IMG/VR virus record: IMGVR_UViG_3300009701_000004
Location: 27,376 to 91,375 of that record
Strand: one strand, 5' to 3'
Source: a virus
Length of the DNA: 64,000 nucleotides
Numbering within the stretch: the stretch's first letter is position 1; every line of letters starts with the position of its first letter. This document shows, in pieces, positions 1 to 10,312 of this stretch. Under the pieces are notes generated by a model. It did no database searches and had not been told where the DNA came from. It worked only from the letters and a program-made list of their open reading frames with translations. Position numbers and translations under genes: made by a program.

Positions 1-1339
1 TCATCATCTTTGCTAATTCAGCATGTTCATTAGAAGGGGTAATGCCATTACGCTCTTTGAAATATTCGTAAGGGGAAGGTTCCGCTATCGGACCATTACC
101 GATGTACCCAATATTAGAAGCAATTCTATCGTAGGACGCACGCTTTTCTACAAACTCTGGGAGTAACGAACATTCCCCTAAGCTTGCACACAGGATATTG
201 GCAATTTCTTTACGGGGACAATCTGCCGCGCTAATGTCGTCGGGGATATCAAAGGGCGAGGGGCCCAACTCATCAACCATAGATTCTACTACATGGCCTA
301 AACCACGAAGTTTTTGATCATATTTTTTAGCTATGATTAGTTCAGCCAGGAAAGCAATACTAGGAGAAATTCCCAGGTGAGCCATAGTTTCAAGAGTGTC
401 TTCAAGTTTATGTACTGACAATGAATTTATAATAGCATAAGCCGGGTCTTGTACTTTGTCAAGAATAGGTTCTATGTGGTTAAGGTTCTGAGCTACTTCG
501 CCTTCAACTTCCTTAACCATTTCACTGATTTTCCTCAGACCGGCACGTTTAGTTTGAACTGCAACTTTATCTAAGCCTTCTCTTTCAGCAATTTCTGCAC
601 TACTAATAGGCTCACTGCCATCTTCTGTTTGAGCTACTATGCCATTAGCATTTGCAGCAAACCCAGCGGTGGCCAGTTTTTGCAGAACACTGCTGACCGG
701 ATCAGCCGGTCTAAGTACCCAACTCATATCGAAAAAAGTTAATGGGGCAGTATTTAAAGCCATGACTCTAGACCCATCTTGATAAATTCTACCAAGCTCT
801 TGGCTAAGATGTTTGCAGTACTCCATTCTTGTACGCGCTTTGTTACCACAAACACTGCACTCATCCCAAGGAGTCCTACAAGCCATTGAAGTTTTAGGGA
901 ACTCGCCAGATTCTAACTTATCTACGATATCCCAGCCTTTATCACGGTCTATGTACGCAATTACTTCCACTCTATGCATGCGGTGGTTGTATATAGAAAA
1001 CACAACTTGACCTATAGCTATAGCCGGATTTTTATTAACGTGATTCTTGAATATATGTGCAGGCGTAGTATAGAATGTTTCATGACATTTTATAAGATTT
1101 TCCTCGGGGAAGAAATCTGAATTGCGATTTGCCCCCCAGTATTCACCTGCAGACATAGCCAAAATATGCACATATACTTTGGAAGGGTCCGGTTTGATAT
1201 TAGAAGCGTATTCAGTAATTCTGTCATCAGCCGCAGCGGATTTGATAAAGCCCTTAGTTTTACTAAAATCTATTATCGTTATAGTCGGCTCATCGTTGTG
1301 AAAAAACGAATCACAATCTATTAATTTAGTTAGTGCCAT
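1..1339 (-). CDS. Prohead (capsid maturation) protease, HK97/assemblin-like fold, with Zn-finger insertion; 3' end runs off the window
   Basis: Not in the ORF track; translated by hand from ATG 1339: MALTKLIDCDSFF...NRNSDFFP...HIFKNHVNK...KTSMACRTPWDECSVCGNKARTRMEYCKHL...FFDMSWVLRPADP. His, Ser and (D/E)xSxVxxPA motifs match HK97-type proteases. Still in frame at position 1. Confidence 0.75.
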   Translation of the reverse strand, partial: MALTKLIDCDSFFHNDEPTITIIDFSKTKGFIKSAAADDRITEYASNIKPDPSKVYVHILAMSAGEYWGANRNSDFFPEENLIKCHETFYTTPAHIFKNHVNKNPAIAIGQVVFSIYNHRMHRVEVIAYIDRDKGWDIVDKLESGEFPKTSMACRTPWDECSVCGNKARTRMEYCKHLSQELGRIYQDGSRVMALNTAPLTFFDMSWVLRPADPVSSVLQKLATAGFAANANGIVAQTEDGSEPISSAEIAEREGLDKVAVQTKRAGLRKISEMVKEVEGEVAQNLNHIEPILDKVQDPAYAIINSLSVHKLEDTLETMAHLGISPSIAFLAELIIAKKYDQKLRGLGHVVESMVDELGPSPFDIPDDISAADCPRKEIANILCASLGECSLLPEFVEKRASYDRIASNIGYIGNGPIAEPSPYEYFKERNGITPSNEHAELAKMM

Positions 1340-1342
1340 AGA

Positions 1343-1810
1343 TTAAATCTTACCCCTATTTGTATTCACCGGACTAGGTGCCATTTGAGCAGGAGTCAAG
1401 GTTTTGTTGATATCATTTAAAGCTCGTAGACTCTTATGTTCCAGCTTCAATTTATCCTGATTAGCCCTAGCAGTAATAGAACTATTATGGTAATTAGCTA
1501 AAGATACTGCGAGAGAAGCCCCGCTAATACCTAAACCTATGCGGGGAATCTTAGTGTTGAAGTCTGCTAATTTTAACAAATATCTATTTTCACTGGAAGT
1601 TTTACTAAGGGCCTCATACGGTCCGGCGTCAGAATTATTCCAAAGTGCCTGTGAATTCTGGTTACCTACAACCATGGCATTGCTACGAATCTCTTCGCAC
1701 CAAGGCCCTGTTCCCGAATAGCTCTGAACGTTACCACCGGCATTTTCTGTCGAGGGATCGGAATCTACAATTCTAGCTATAGCACCAAGATAATCGCTTT
1801 TGTTAGGCAT
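1343..1810 (-). CDS. Putative virion/head protein with NRYLLKLA motif
   Basis: ORF in the head gene cluster; shares the N(K/R)YLxK(I/L/V) motif with other late proteins. Confidence 0.5.
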   Translation of the reverse strand: MPNKSDYLGAIARIVDSDPSTENAGGNVQSYSGTGPWCEEIRSNAMVVGNQNSQALWNNSDAGPYEALSKTSSENRYLLKLADFNTKIPRIGLGISGASLAVSLANYHNSSITARANQDKLKLEHKSLRALNDINKTLTPAQMAPSPVNTNRGKI

Positions 1811-1822
1811 ATACTTAACCTA

Positions 1823-2380
1823 TTAAATGTAAGATTTCGGAGTAAACGTAGTATTGTCTCTGTATGTACGTTGTAAGTCAGTTACGGTTTTGATAATAGT
1901 AGGGTCAATGCCAGAACCGTGGACTGCATTAGCCAAAACCGTGCTTAACAGATTACGATCCGCGGCAATATCAGGAGCAAAACGGAAAATAGTTTCAGCA
2001 TATTCCTTAACACTTTCAAGTTCCCTAGCACCTTTGATAGCCTCTTCTTTTACAATAGGATTGGTTACCAGTACGTATTCCAACGCTTGAAGAAACTTGG
2101 TACGCAGACGGTCATGATTGATACTATTAGCAGCAGCACCTAATGCACCTACTCCAGTAGTGATTAGAAGTTTACCTAAACTTTCGCCGAAACCCTTGCC
2201 TAAGCCAGCAGTAGCGGCAGCGCCAATGCCTCGTCCACGAATTTCCATTAACTTATCCGCAGCACTTTTTTGATCAAAACGGCTATTAGCAGCTTTAGTA
2301 AAGCCACGAACGAATTCGTCAGCCATTTGCTTATCACCAGCGTATTTTTCTAAAGCGTATGCTTTTACTTTTTCTAACAT
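1823..2380 (-). CDS. Putative virion head protein (K-x-A motifs, Gly/Ala-rich amphipathic segment)
   Basis: Likely start ATG 2380 (MLEKVKAYA) after an AGAGGA RBS; motifs LEKYA, FTKAA, DQKSA. Confidence 0.55.
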   Translation of the reverse strand: MLEKVKAYALEKYAGDKQMADEFVRGFTKAANSRFDQKSAADKLMEIRGRGIGAAATAGLGKGFGESLGKLLITTGVGALGAAANSINHDRLRTKFLQALEYVLVTNPIVKEEAIKGARELESVKEYAETIFRFAPDIAADRNLLSTVLANAVHGSGIDPTIIKTVTDLQRTYRDNTTFTPKSYI

Positions 2381-2405
2381 GTATTGTCCTCTTGTTCTTT
2401 CGTTC

Positions 2406-3425
2406 TTATTCTCTTTGTAATGCTTTCCAAACATCCCTGCTTGTATTTGTAGATTTGTCTACGCCAGGACTATACGCTGCAACATCAAATATTGGAGTGG
2501 CTAATTTACCTGCAACAGTACCAATACCGATTTTCTTAGCAACCGGTGCTACGTGACCAATACCTGCTTTTGCAGCAGCAACTCCAACACTATTCGTAGA
2601 GTTGGCTAAAGTATTTCCGATACCAGTACCGAGGGCTTTAAAGGGCGCTGACGCAACAGATCCAATAGCTTTGCCTAACGTGCCGAAAATGGCCTGTTTT
2701 GTCATTTTAGCACGTTCGCCCAATTCTTCAGCGGATTTAATTTGAGCATTAACTTCAGCAGCTTCCTTATATAATGCTTGTACTTTGAATACGTTTTTCA
2801 AATCAGCTTCTTTGAAAATGCCGCTGTTATTATGAGCCTCTACTTTGTTATATACTAAAGTCGAGAGTAAAGCGAATTCTTTTCCATCTGCAATAGCAGC
2901 TAGTTTTTCCAAACCTTGAGGATCCTTGCTCACAACCGATGCAGCTTTGATTAGTTCTGGAACAATCGTAATTGCACGATCTTTTAGTAATTCCAGATCA
3001 CGTTCATGCATAGAAGCAGTCTTGTTGAAAAACACATGTTTCTCTGCTTCTTCTAAAGAACGAGATTTATACTCAATTTCGGACGAAGCTTTGACCAGTG
3101 AAGGAGAAGAGGGGGCAGGGGCGCACAAAGGTTCCTTAGTACTAGCTGACGCTGATTTCATCATATCTGGGATAGAGATGTCTGCCATAACCTCGGCCAT
3201 TTTAGCCAAAGGAAATTCAATCGTTCTATCATTAGTAACGTCTTGAGCTTTAAGGAATGCAATAGAATTAGTAGCTTCAATAACCCGTTGAATTTGTTCT
3301 GAGTTCAATTCCATAGCCGATGCTTGTTTTGCAATACCTGCACTTAGAGGAACTTTTTCGTTCAAAAACATCTCTGTAGCCCTAACGGCTATATCTCGGA
3401 TTTGGTCAGAATTTATAACAGTCAT
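2406..3425 (-). CDS. Putative head/scaffold or internal virion protein, rich in K-x-A motifs
   Basis: 339 aa with about 10 K-x-A motifs (IAKQA, MMKSA, FNKTA, LIKAA, LEKLA, IFKEA, LYKEA, QIKSA, MTKQA); AAAGGA RBS and TAAAAT upstream. Confidence 0.55.
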   Translation of the reverse strand: MTVINSDQIRDIAVRATEMFLNEKVPLSAGIAKQASAMELNSEQIQRVIEATNSIAFLKAQDVTNDRTIEFPLAKMAEVMADISIPDMMKSASASTKEPLCAPAPSSPSLVKASSEIEYKSRSLEEAEKHVFFNKTASMHERDLELLKDRAITIVPELIKAASVVSKDPQGLEKLAAIADGKEFALLSTLVYNKVEAHNNSGIFKEADLKNVFKVQALYKEAAEVNAQIKSAEELGERAKMTKQAIFGTLGKAIGSVASAPFKALGTGIGNTLANSTNSVGVAAAKAGIGHVAPVAKKIGIGTVAGKLATPIFDVAAYSPGVDKSTNTSRDVWKALQRE

Positions 3426-3461
3426 ATCGTTTCCTTTAATACATTATTTTAACAGACGGGG

Positions 3462-3620
3462 TTACTTGTATTCATGAGTCTTGAAATGAGTGAGGAATTT
3501 AGTTAATCTCGGTTTATGAATACGTTTTGGTTTTTTATAGGATTTTTCACTACGGGGAGGAGTAGGTGCTTTTAGAAGAGCACACACTTTAACTAAATAT
3601 TTGTTTTCACGATCATCCAT
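3462..3620 (-). CDS. Small basic protein (52 aa, MDDRENKYLVKVCALLKAP...), possible DNA-binding core protein
   Basis: Below the ORF-track cutoff; fills the gap between neighbours; very Lys-rich; NKYLVKV motif. Confidence 0.55.
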   Translation of the reverse strand: MDDRENKYLVKVCALLKAPTPPRSEKSYKKPKRIHKPRLTKFLTHFKTHEYK

Positions 3621-3625
3621 TGCTA

Positions 3626-4354
3626 TTAAATTCCATATCCATTCAAATCATTCAACCCTTCAAACCCCTCAAGGCTGAAACTTTCCGTGCTCACTTCACC
3701 TACCTCAGCATCTGTTCCGTTATCTCTTGTTATAGATTCAAACCCTTGAAAGTCAGGCTCTATTTCCTGCAAAGCCAATTCGATATCTTGGCGAGCAGCA
3801 CCTGCATCCATGACCCATGCTTTGATAAGCCTTGCCAGATCCATGCTTAGCTTTATGTACTTAGTACTTTCTTTAGAAGCCTCGGTTGAGTTACTATTAA
3901 ATACGGCTTCTTTAGATTTCATAACGCAGGTGGTAAAAAGGTCTTGTAACCCTTCCACCGGACTGACACTAACTTGTTTACCTAAACGCCAAGCTAAAAA
4001 AGAGAGGCCCTGCGAAAGCCCCCACATCTTCATACTCGCTTCAGCCGAATCTGGAACATCTAATAATTCCATACGACTTAAACGGTCGAACCCTATTGTA
4101 TCATAAAATATCTTGCTATAAATATCTATGACTTCAACAGGAATTTCTAATAGTTCAGAAATTTCTTCGATATCGTCTGTAGCTAATAAAGCAGATTCTA
4201 CGTAACTTTTTTTAAGAGCACTCTTATTTAGTACTGAAGCTTTTAAATACAATTGAGCCTCGGAACCTTCCGGGTTGCCAAGAATGGCATCGACCAGAGG
4301 ATCTGTTCCGATAACTCTATTTCTGATAAGAAGTTCCCTTGCATTTACAGGCAT
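3626..4354 (-). CDS. Hypothetical late-cluster protein
   Basis: 242-aa ORF tightly packed with neighbours. Confidence 0.6.
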   Translation of the reverse strand: MPVNARELLIRNRVIGTDPLVDAILGNPEGSEAQLYLKASVLNKSALKKSYVESALLATDDIEEISELLEIPVEVIDIYSKIFYDTIGFDRLSRMELLDVPDSAEASMKMWGLSQGLSFLAWRLGKQVSVSPVEGLQDLFTTCVMKSKEAVFNSNSTEASKESTKYIKLSMDLARLIKAWVMDAGAARQDIELALQEIEPDFQGFESITRDNGTDAEVGEVSTESFSLEGFEGLNDLNGYGI

Positions 4355-4359
4355 TATAA

Positions 4360-6303
4360 TTAAGCGTTAGATTCGTTAGGGCGAAGGGTAGTCAACTCTT
4401 TAAGCTTGATAAGGTTATTGCCTAACATACGATATACGTTACGTAAATTATCAAGGAAAGAAAACACCCCATCGGCATCGTTATTTTCAGCAAGTTGACG
4501 GATATGTATGCGGGACAATAGAAGTACTCTGCCCAGTTTATCTACGCAATCCTCAATTTCAGGAATGTATTCATCGATTAAGCCAAACATGTCTGGATTC
4601 TGCAACAGTTCAGAAATGATTGTAGCCTCAGTCGCTTGAGGATCTTTGATGCTAAAGGAACTTTGAGTGTTAGGCATAAAGCTACCATTCAAGCCAACCT
4701 TAGGAACCGGAGGAGGGGGATTACCCATTTGAGGGATTTCACCTGCATTAAAACCTGGGCCGCCAGGAGCAGTTCCGGCTTGTTTACTCAAATATATCTT
4801 GGCAAACTTACGTTCCTTAGCTTGCTTAACAAAGGTAGTAGCTTGTTCAGGCTCAATGCCTTCTGTAATAACCAGCCTAGACATCATGTCCGCTTCAGAG
4901 CCTACAATTCTACCATTGGCGGTGAATTCAACGCCGTCATACCCCAGATTCAACTGTTCACCTAACAAACCTGCCTCAGTGATTTCACGTTTGACAGAAG
5001 CACTGTTCACACTACGCTCAAGTTCATCCGCTACGTTTTCATTCAATTTCAGAATAATTGTGTTAAATGGGGTAAAAATGGTCTTATGATTATATTGCGC
5101 TTTAGCTGTGTAATTGCGCAGGGCATGAATACATACTTCTCCTGCACGGGAAAAACCTCCACGAGGGAAAGCTTTAATTTCCACTCCCAAATTACTAAGG
5201 ATCACGCGTTCAGTATTGAACACGCCAATTAAATCGAATTCATTGTCAAACATGGCAAAGTTATCGCCCGTCTCCAATTCACGAGGAGACACTGGAGTAT
5301 TAAACTTGAACAAAGTATCCAGCACATCGGTACGATTCATTTTCGTACCCTTAACAACGAAAGATTCCGCTTCAGCCCAATCGCCATTCGAGAACAAAGC
5401 TACGCTCTTCCAAGTTTCCCTAATTACTTTACCGAATTGGCCTATGTTAGATTGCTTAGGAATGAACGCTTCCCTACCTGCTCCACTCTTCAGAATTACT
5501 TCGTAGTCTGAATTGCCGTCAAGAGCAGTAACAGAAGTATAACGACCATCGTCAAAATTAGTAGCGGCCACAGCAAAACGCTTAGTAGGAACCTCGCCAC
5601 TAATAATATACCCGTTATCAATAATTGAAGTAATTTCATCTGGAGTAAGATTTCCTTTACCCACACCCGTAACAACGCTTACTGGAACTGCATTAGTTTG
5701 AACAGCAGCTCCCTTAGGGGCCGGCTTTAATGCAGCGAAGATATCCCGGATATTGAATAACTTATGCAATTCTTCATATACGGATTTTTCCTCGGCGATC
5801 TTCTCCATTGTGAATTTCTTGAGATAATCAGGCATTTCTGACAAGAAATCTCCCAAACGGCTTGCAGAAGCATAAACGAGCTTACCTGTGCGAGGGGGAA
5901 CAATCAATTGAGTCATATCTGGATTGATAGACACAGTTGGCGGAATTTTAACAGCCTTACCTTGGCTAAGTTGACTAGTTGATGTAATTAGCTCTATAGT
6001 CTTTTTGGTAAGCGGGTAGAACTTAGCCAAAGACGCAAAGAAGATACTATCCACTGGGTAAACGCTATCGCCTTTACTAACCACTGGAACATAGAAAACT
6101 TCTCGGCCTACTCTCAACACAAAGATACCGACCTTTAAGTCAGCGTTGTCATCATTCTGTATTTCGTCGGTTACATCTTTGAATCCTATGATGTAATTAC
6201 CAAGTTCAGGAGATGAGCTAAGGAATTTGGCTAGGGCTAAGGAATTAAAGTCAATGCCTTGGTCTTCACCCATACCTTGATCTTGTTGATTATTTTGCGC
6301 CAC
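4360..6303 (-). CDS. Large putative virion head/structural protein
   Basis: Likely GTG start at 6303 after an AAAGGA RBS; K-x-A motifs MEKIA, FVKQA, LSKQA; TAAAAT at 6332-6337. Confidence 0.55.
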   Translation of the reverse strand: MAQNNQQDQGMGEDQGIDFNSLALAKFLSSSPELGNYIIGFKDVTDEIQNDDNADLKVGIFVLRVGREVFYVPVVSKGDSVYPVDSIFFASLAKFYPLTKKTIELITSTSQLSQGKAVKIPPTVSINPDMTQLIVPPRTGKLVYASASRLGDFLSEMPDYLKKFTMEKIAEEKSVYEELHKLFNIRDIFAALKPAPKGAAVQTNAVPVSVVTGVGKGNLTPDEITSIIDNGYIISGEVPTKRFAVAATNFDDGRYTSVTALDGNSDYEVILKSGAGREAFIPKQSNIGQFGKVIRETWKSVALFSNGDWAEAESFVVKGTKMNRTDVLDTLFKFNTPVSPRELETGDNFAMFDNEFDLIGVFNTERVILSNLGVEIKAFPRGGFSRAGEVCIHALRNYTAKAQYNHKTIFTPFNTIILKLNENVADELERSVNSASVKREITEAGLLGEQLNLGYDGVEFTANGRIVGSEADMMSRLVITEGIEPEQATTFVKQAKERKFAKIYLSKQAGTAPGGPGFNAGEIPQMGNPPPPVPKVGLNGSFMPNTQSSFSIKDPQATEATIISELLQNPDMFGLIDEYIPEIEDCVDKLGRVLLLSRIHIRQLAENNDADGVFSFLDNLRNVYRMLGNNLIKLKELTTLRPNESNA

Positions 6304-6350
6304 AATAATTGATCCTTTTAGATATATGAATATTTTAACATGGAAGCTTA

Positions 6351-7184
6351 CTATGCTCCACAACCGGGCATTTTAGGATTAGAACCTGATGCTACAGTCT
6401 GTACTGGACCAGATGTCATTTTGGTATTAGAGGCGGAACTTCCCCCTCCTGAGTAAGAAGAGTTATTAGCCAGTGCGTAATCTTTCTGAATTACATCGTT
6501 AATGTATTGCTGAACACTTGGTTGAGGAACCCCGTTGGCAACTACAGCTTTACCGATACCATAATACCCTGCAAGTGCATTAACTATTTTGCTACCATAA
6601 TTTATAGATCCAGGGTATAGATAATGTCTTTCAAATACTATAAGCCCAGCTATAAGTTGGTTGGTTATCTGTTGATCGGTAGCAAGTTGACCTCCAATTG
6701 GACCCATAGTGCTGGTTATGTCGTCTCCGGGATTAACTAAGATAGGGTTTACAACAGAAGCCAAGTCTGGGCGACAGACTAATAATTGACAAGGTTTCGT
6801 CACACCCTTGATTAGGTATTGACCCATTACTTGACAAAGGCCGAAAGCACGACAACTCTGCTGAAGATTATATCTTTGTTGTTGGGTACCGTTGTTATAT
6901 ACGTTAGCCACAGCAGAATATTGGAGAAATTCTCTTTGAAAATAATCCCCTTTACTACCCACCACAATAGCCCCAAGCCTAGGAGGATTGACAAAAGCAC
7001 TTTCGTGTTGAATCAATGACATTAATATATTTATAATATCATTAGGTATTTCATTGGCCAAAGAGGACGAAAAGTATTTAGGTATGAACGTAGTCAACTT
7101 TTGCCTTACTATCTGTTTTAGAGAAGTAGAGGCTGAAGTAGTAATAGGAACTCCAGAAGTTCCAGTTGCAGGGGTTGTAGCCAT
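6351..7184 (-). CDS. Lysozyme/lytic-transglycosylase-fold protein, probably virion-associated
   Basis: IQHESAF (catalytic Glu-Ser), AFGLCQVM and ALAGYYG match the three SLT motifs. Confidence 0.6.
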   Translation of the reverse strand: MATTPATGTSGVPITTSASTSLKQIVRQKLTTFIPKYFSSSLANEIPNDIINILMSLIQHESAFVNPPRLGAIVVGSKGDYFQREFLQYSAVANVYNNGTQQQRYNLQQSCRAFGLCQVMGQYLIKGVTKPCQLLVCRPDLASVVNPILVNPGDDITSTMGPIGGQLATDQQITNQLIAGLIVFERHYLYPGSINYGSKIVNALAGYYGIGKAVVANGVPQPSVQQYINDVIQKDYALANNSSYSGGGSSASNTKMTSGPVQTVASGSNPKMPGCGA

Positions 7185-9019
7185 TAATATTGCCCTTCAG
7201 GACCGGAGCCAAAGTCCCTGCCAATTATGTAAGGAGTAATTGGGCTAGTGCTATGTTCAGGAGAATCTTCACTATATGCAGCAGCATTGAGAATAGAATC
7301 TTTAAGTTTGTTAAAAGACAAACGAGATATCCAATCCTTATCAAGCAATTTAGTAGATTGCAGCCCCGGAACAATAGGGGACACAGTTAAACCAGAAGAT
7401 GAAACAGCCACTTCCTTAATGCCCTTAGCTTTTAACTCGTCAACGTGATTACTATCCAGGAAAGTCCCTGGCGTTAAGCTTAATACCCCTTTAGCTAATA
7501 CTTTTCCTTCAGCTTGAGATATCGGAACAATCCCGTTGTTATGGGCTAGATATTTCGCCACGTTATTGACGGGTATTTTATCTCCAGGTAAAAATCCGCT
7601 TTGGCCAGGATTAACTACCTGTACATATTTAATCAAGTTTTTACTAATAACTTCGAACCACCGGGGATCGAGATCAGCACCATAAATGCCTCGCAATTCC
7701 TGAGTCATGTAATCTCTACCGGCACCAATGCCCCGTAACCCTACGAGTTTGCGAGGATTGATAACTCCCGTGGATAACCTATCTCCTTGACGAATTTTAT
7801 CGCCTTGAGATACTACAACGTTCTGCGATATAGGTACGAAGTGCTTTTTTTCGTTGATGAATACGTTGGTATCGCCCAGAGGTGTTTTCTCAATCTTAGA
7901 TACTACACCGTTTAATTCAGAGATAGTTGCTTCGTCTTTGAAGTTTTCAGCCGGGTTATTCAAAATATTACTGGCTTGATCATATGCATTACCACGCCGT
8001 TCTCCCACCGAACTCTTATGTTTAGTAGAAAGCATTGATTGCGTAAGAACTTCCGATACCGATTGTGCGGCTATAACACCAATGTTCTCACCTATTTCGG
8101 GAAGTTTGCCATTTGCAGCTAAACCAAAACATTTAACACAAGTACCTTCAGGAGCCTCGCAGGTAGTTGTACTACGAACTTTAACCTCTTTAACATTAGA
8201 AGATCGTAAATCGTCGTAATACCTCTCATCCATTAATGAATTCGTCCCGGCTTGAAACCTACCAATCAAAGATTTCTTATCGGAAATAGGCACCATAATA
8301 CCGTTGGTCGTGCCGCAGTCTTGGATAGTAATAACCTCGTTAAACAGGGTTGGGGAAATACGCTTGAATAGAGCCCCTGGGAGGGCCGTAGAGAGCTGCG
8401 AGAGGACAGTTGAAGCTCTACCCATGTAGCTGAGTGCTAAGTGCTCTGCGGGCGTCATACCCTCTGCAAAGCCGTGTTTGATAACTAGTGGTACCAACTC
8501 GCCTTTAATGTTCAAAGACATCAGGGGGGAAGAGGTGGCGTTAGCCAACTGAGATTTGTTACCGCGGGCTCCAAAGCGAGCCATATTAGCAGCAGTAGAA
8601 CCTTTGTTTACCAAGTAGGAAAGATTCTGGTCCTCAATCTTTGTGTTGTATTTACTGGTGAGATCCCCTAGATTTTTATTGATTTCAGCTTTACTCTTAC
8701 CGCTATTCTTAATATCCTGAACCTTGTGCGAGAACTCTTGAATCAAAGCTTGTCGTTCGTCGGAATCATTAATGTAATCTGACAATGGGGTAGATGCGCC
8801 AATCTCGGTACTTTTAGAGAAGAAAATTTTGCCTAAATCATTAATAGTTTCATGAGCGTTGTCCCCGCCTTTTGATAGCAGAGTGTTAATCATAGAAGAC
8901 ATGCCCTTTTTATCTAAAACTTTATAGGGATCATAAGCGGCTTTTGCTTCAGGAGTTGGCATTTGAGACTTGATCCACAAACTCCCGGCAGTTGTGATTT
9001 TCTTAGCATTAGTAGTCAT
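7184..9019 (-). CDS. rpoC: DNA-directed RNA polymerase beta' subunit, C-terminal piece (bridge helix, Zn site, trigger loop)
   Basis: GARGNKSQL, FAEGMTPAE, DCGT...RSTTTCEAPEGTCVKCFG, GENIGVIAAQSVSEVLTQSMLSTKH, WISRLSF, IIGRDFGSG correspond to bacterial RpoC C-terminal regions. Confidence 0.92.
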   Translation of the reverse strand: MTTNAKKITTAGSLWIKSQMPTPEAKAAYDPYKVLDKKGMSSMINTLLSKGGDNAHETINDLGKIFFSKSTEIGASTPLSDYINDSDERQALIQEFSHKVQDIKNSGKSKAEINKNLGDLTSKYNTKIEDQNLSYLVNKGSTAANMARFGARGNKSQLANATSSPLMSLNIKGELVPLVIKHGFAEGMTPAEHLALSYMGRASTVLSQLSTALPGALFKRISPTLFNEVITIQDCGTTNGIMVPISDKKSLIGRFQAGTNSLMDERYYDDLRSSNVKEVKVRSTTTCEAPEGTCVKCFGLAANGKLPEIGENIGVIAAQSVSEVLTQSMLSTKHKSSVGERRGNAYDQASNILNNPAENFKDEATISELNGVVSKIEKTPLGDTNVFINEKKHFVPISQNVVVSQGDKIRQGDRLSTGVINPRKLVGLRGIGAGRDYMTQELRGIYGADLDPRWFEVISKNLIKYVQVVNPGQSGFLPGDKIPVNNVAKYLAHNNGIVPISQAEGKVLAKGVLSLTPGTFLDSNHVDELKAKGIKEVAVSSSGLTVSPIVPGLQSTKLLDKDWISRLSFNKLKDSILNAAAYSEDSPEHSTSPITPYIIGRDFGSGPEGQY

Positions 9020-9025
9020 AGTCAG

Positions 9026-9031
9026 ATTTTA
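9026..9031 (-). promoter_or_regulatory. TAAAAT -10 element 6 nt upstream of the rpoC C-terminal piece ATG (probable leaderless transcript)
   Basis: Minus strand reads TAAAAT-CTGACT-ATG; no SD. Confidence 0.6.
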
Positions 9032-9058
9032 AACTATTGCAATGTTTTTTGGTATAAG
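9028..9058 (+). promoter_or_regulatory. Phage-type promoter TTTAAA-N16-TGGTATAAG
   Basis: One of 11 exact intergenic TGGTATAAG copies. Confidence 0.75.
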
Positions 9059-9154
9059 AAACTTAGAAGACAAACATCTTCAATCAAAAACTCACTGCTC
9101 TTTTAATCTCATGTAAACTTCAACTAACCTCATACTCAAAAAGGAGGAAGTGAA

Positions 9155-9436
9155 ATGCACAGTGTTAATTCACATATGTACCCGGATGTACCTACGGGGG
9201 TATTTAGGGCCGAGTTCGTAGATAATCTCGGTGACTGGGATGGATACTCATATGCCATCAATAAGGGGGACTTGCTCAAGGATATTAGGGCAAGAACGGA
9301 AACAATGGGTGACAAACTCATTTCTGAACCCAAAGTGGTGTTGGTCCCGGTCGGGTTAACGGTAGAAATTCATAAGGCTAAAGGTCATACAATGAGAACT
9401 AACCGTGACCTGGCGTACAAGAAAAGAACGCACTAA
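9155..9436 (+). CDS. Hypothetical early protein
   Basis: Strong AAGGAGG RBS; follows a TGGTATAAG promoter. Confidence 0.65.
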   Translation: MHSVNSHMYPDVPTGVFRAEFVDNLGDWDGYSYAINKGDLLKDIRARTETMGDKLISEPKVVLVPVGLTVEIHKAKGHTMRTNRDLAYKKRTH

Positions 9437-9457
9437 TTTTAATCTACGGGAGTAAAA

Positions 9458-10171
9458 ATGAATTCCATGCAAGAAGCTCTTAAGAAGGTAATATCTCAGG
9501 CACCACAGCTTCAGCCTCAACCTGACGAACGTACAGTAGTTCTTCCCCCATTAACCTTAACCCCAGAAGCACAACGGGAGATTGCAATGAGCAAGGTAAT
9601 TATTTCTACAGAAATGAGTCCAAAAACTGCAATCTGGGAACTCATGAAGGACCGGAAACCGTACACTTGTCAAGAGGTATCGTTGTTGTTGGAGCAGGCC
9701 GGGTTCTCTGCGAAGACAATTACTAACTGTTTCTATGCGCTACGTAACGAGGGCTGGTTTACCAAGTTCCCGAACGGATCCCCCAGGAATAGTTCGTATA
9801 CTTTGTCTGTAACTACTAAAAGGCCTAACGACGGGGGCAAGACCTATACTCGCCGTGCTTCGAGAAGTAACAAGGTTATTAAAAAGGGAGAAGTAACAGT
9901 TCTGCGCAGTGGCGAGTTCACTGCAACTGTTCAGGAAATGAACGATTCGTATCTTGAAGCCAAAAGGGGCGAAGCGATTCCTTCTAAGAACGTTCCGATT
10001 CCGCCCATTGCAGTGCCGGTCAAATCTCTAGAAAAACCAGCAGAGGAGTTTGCCGGTATTGTAGAAGTAATGATAACCATCGATGGTCGGCAATACACGG
10101 AGGCCAATGCTAGAAAGATATACGAGGCTCTTCACAAAACCTTCGGGGCGTTGGGCTTGAATTACAATTGA
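9458..10171 (+). CDS. Hypothetical protein, possible winged-helix DNA-binding domain
   Basis: GGAG RBS; IWELMK...TCQEVSLLL...ITNCFYALRNEGWF resembles a wHTH. Confidence 0.5.
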   Translation: MNSMQEALKKVISQAPQLQPQPDERTVVLPPLTLTPEAQREIAMSKVIISTEMSPKTAIWELMKDRKPYTCQEVSLLLEQAGFSAKTITNCFYALRNEGWFTKFPNGSPRNSSYTLSVTTKRPNDGGKTYTRRASRSNKVIKKGEVTVLRSGEFTATVQEMNDSYLEAKRGEAIPSKNVPIPPIAVPVKSLEKPAEEFAGIVEVMITIDGRQYTEANARKIYEALHKTFGALGLNYN

Positions 10172-10210
10172 ACATGAGTAGTGAGTAGTAGGTAGTAAAG
10201 ACGTTCCCTT

Positions 10211-10236
10211 AGACCCAGAGTACCGGGTCTTTTTTT
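10211..10236 (+). terminator. Intrinsic terminator
   Basis: AGACCC...GGGTCT hairpin plus T run. Confidence 0.7.
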
Positions 10237-10312
10237 GCTTAAAAATTTCAACAAATACTACGAAATTGGTAAAAGAAAAGTACCTTAACTATAATTATAA
10301 TCGAGATAAAAC

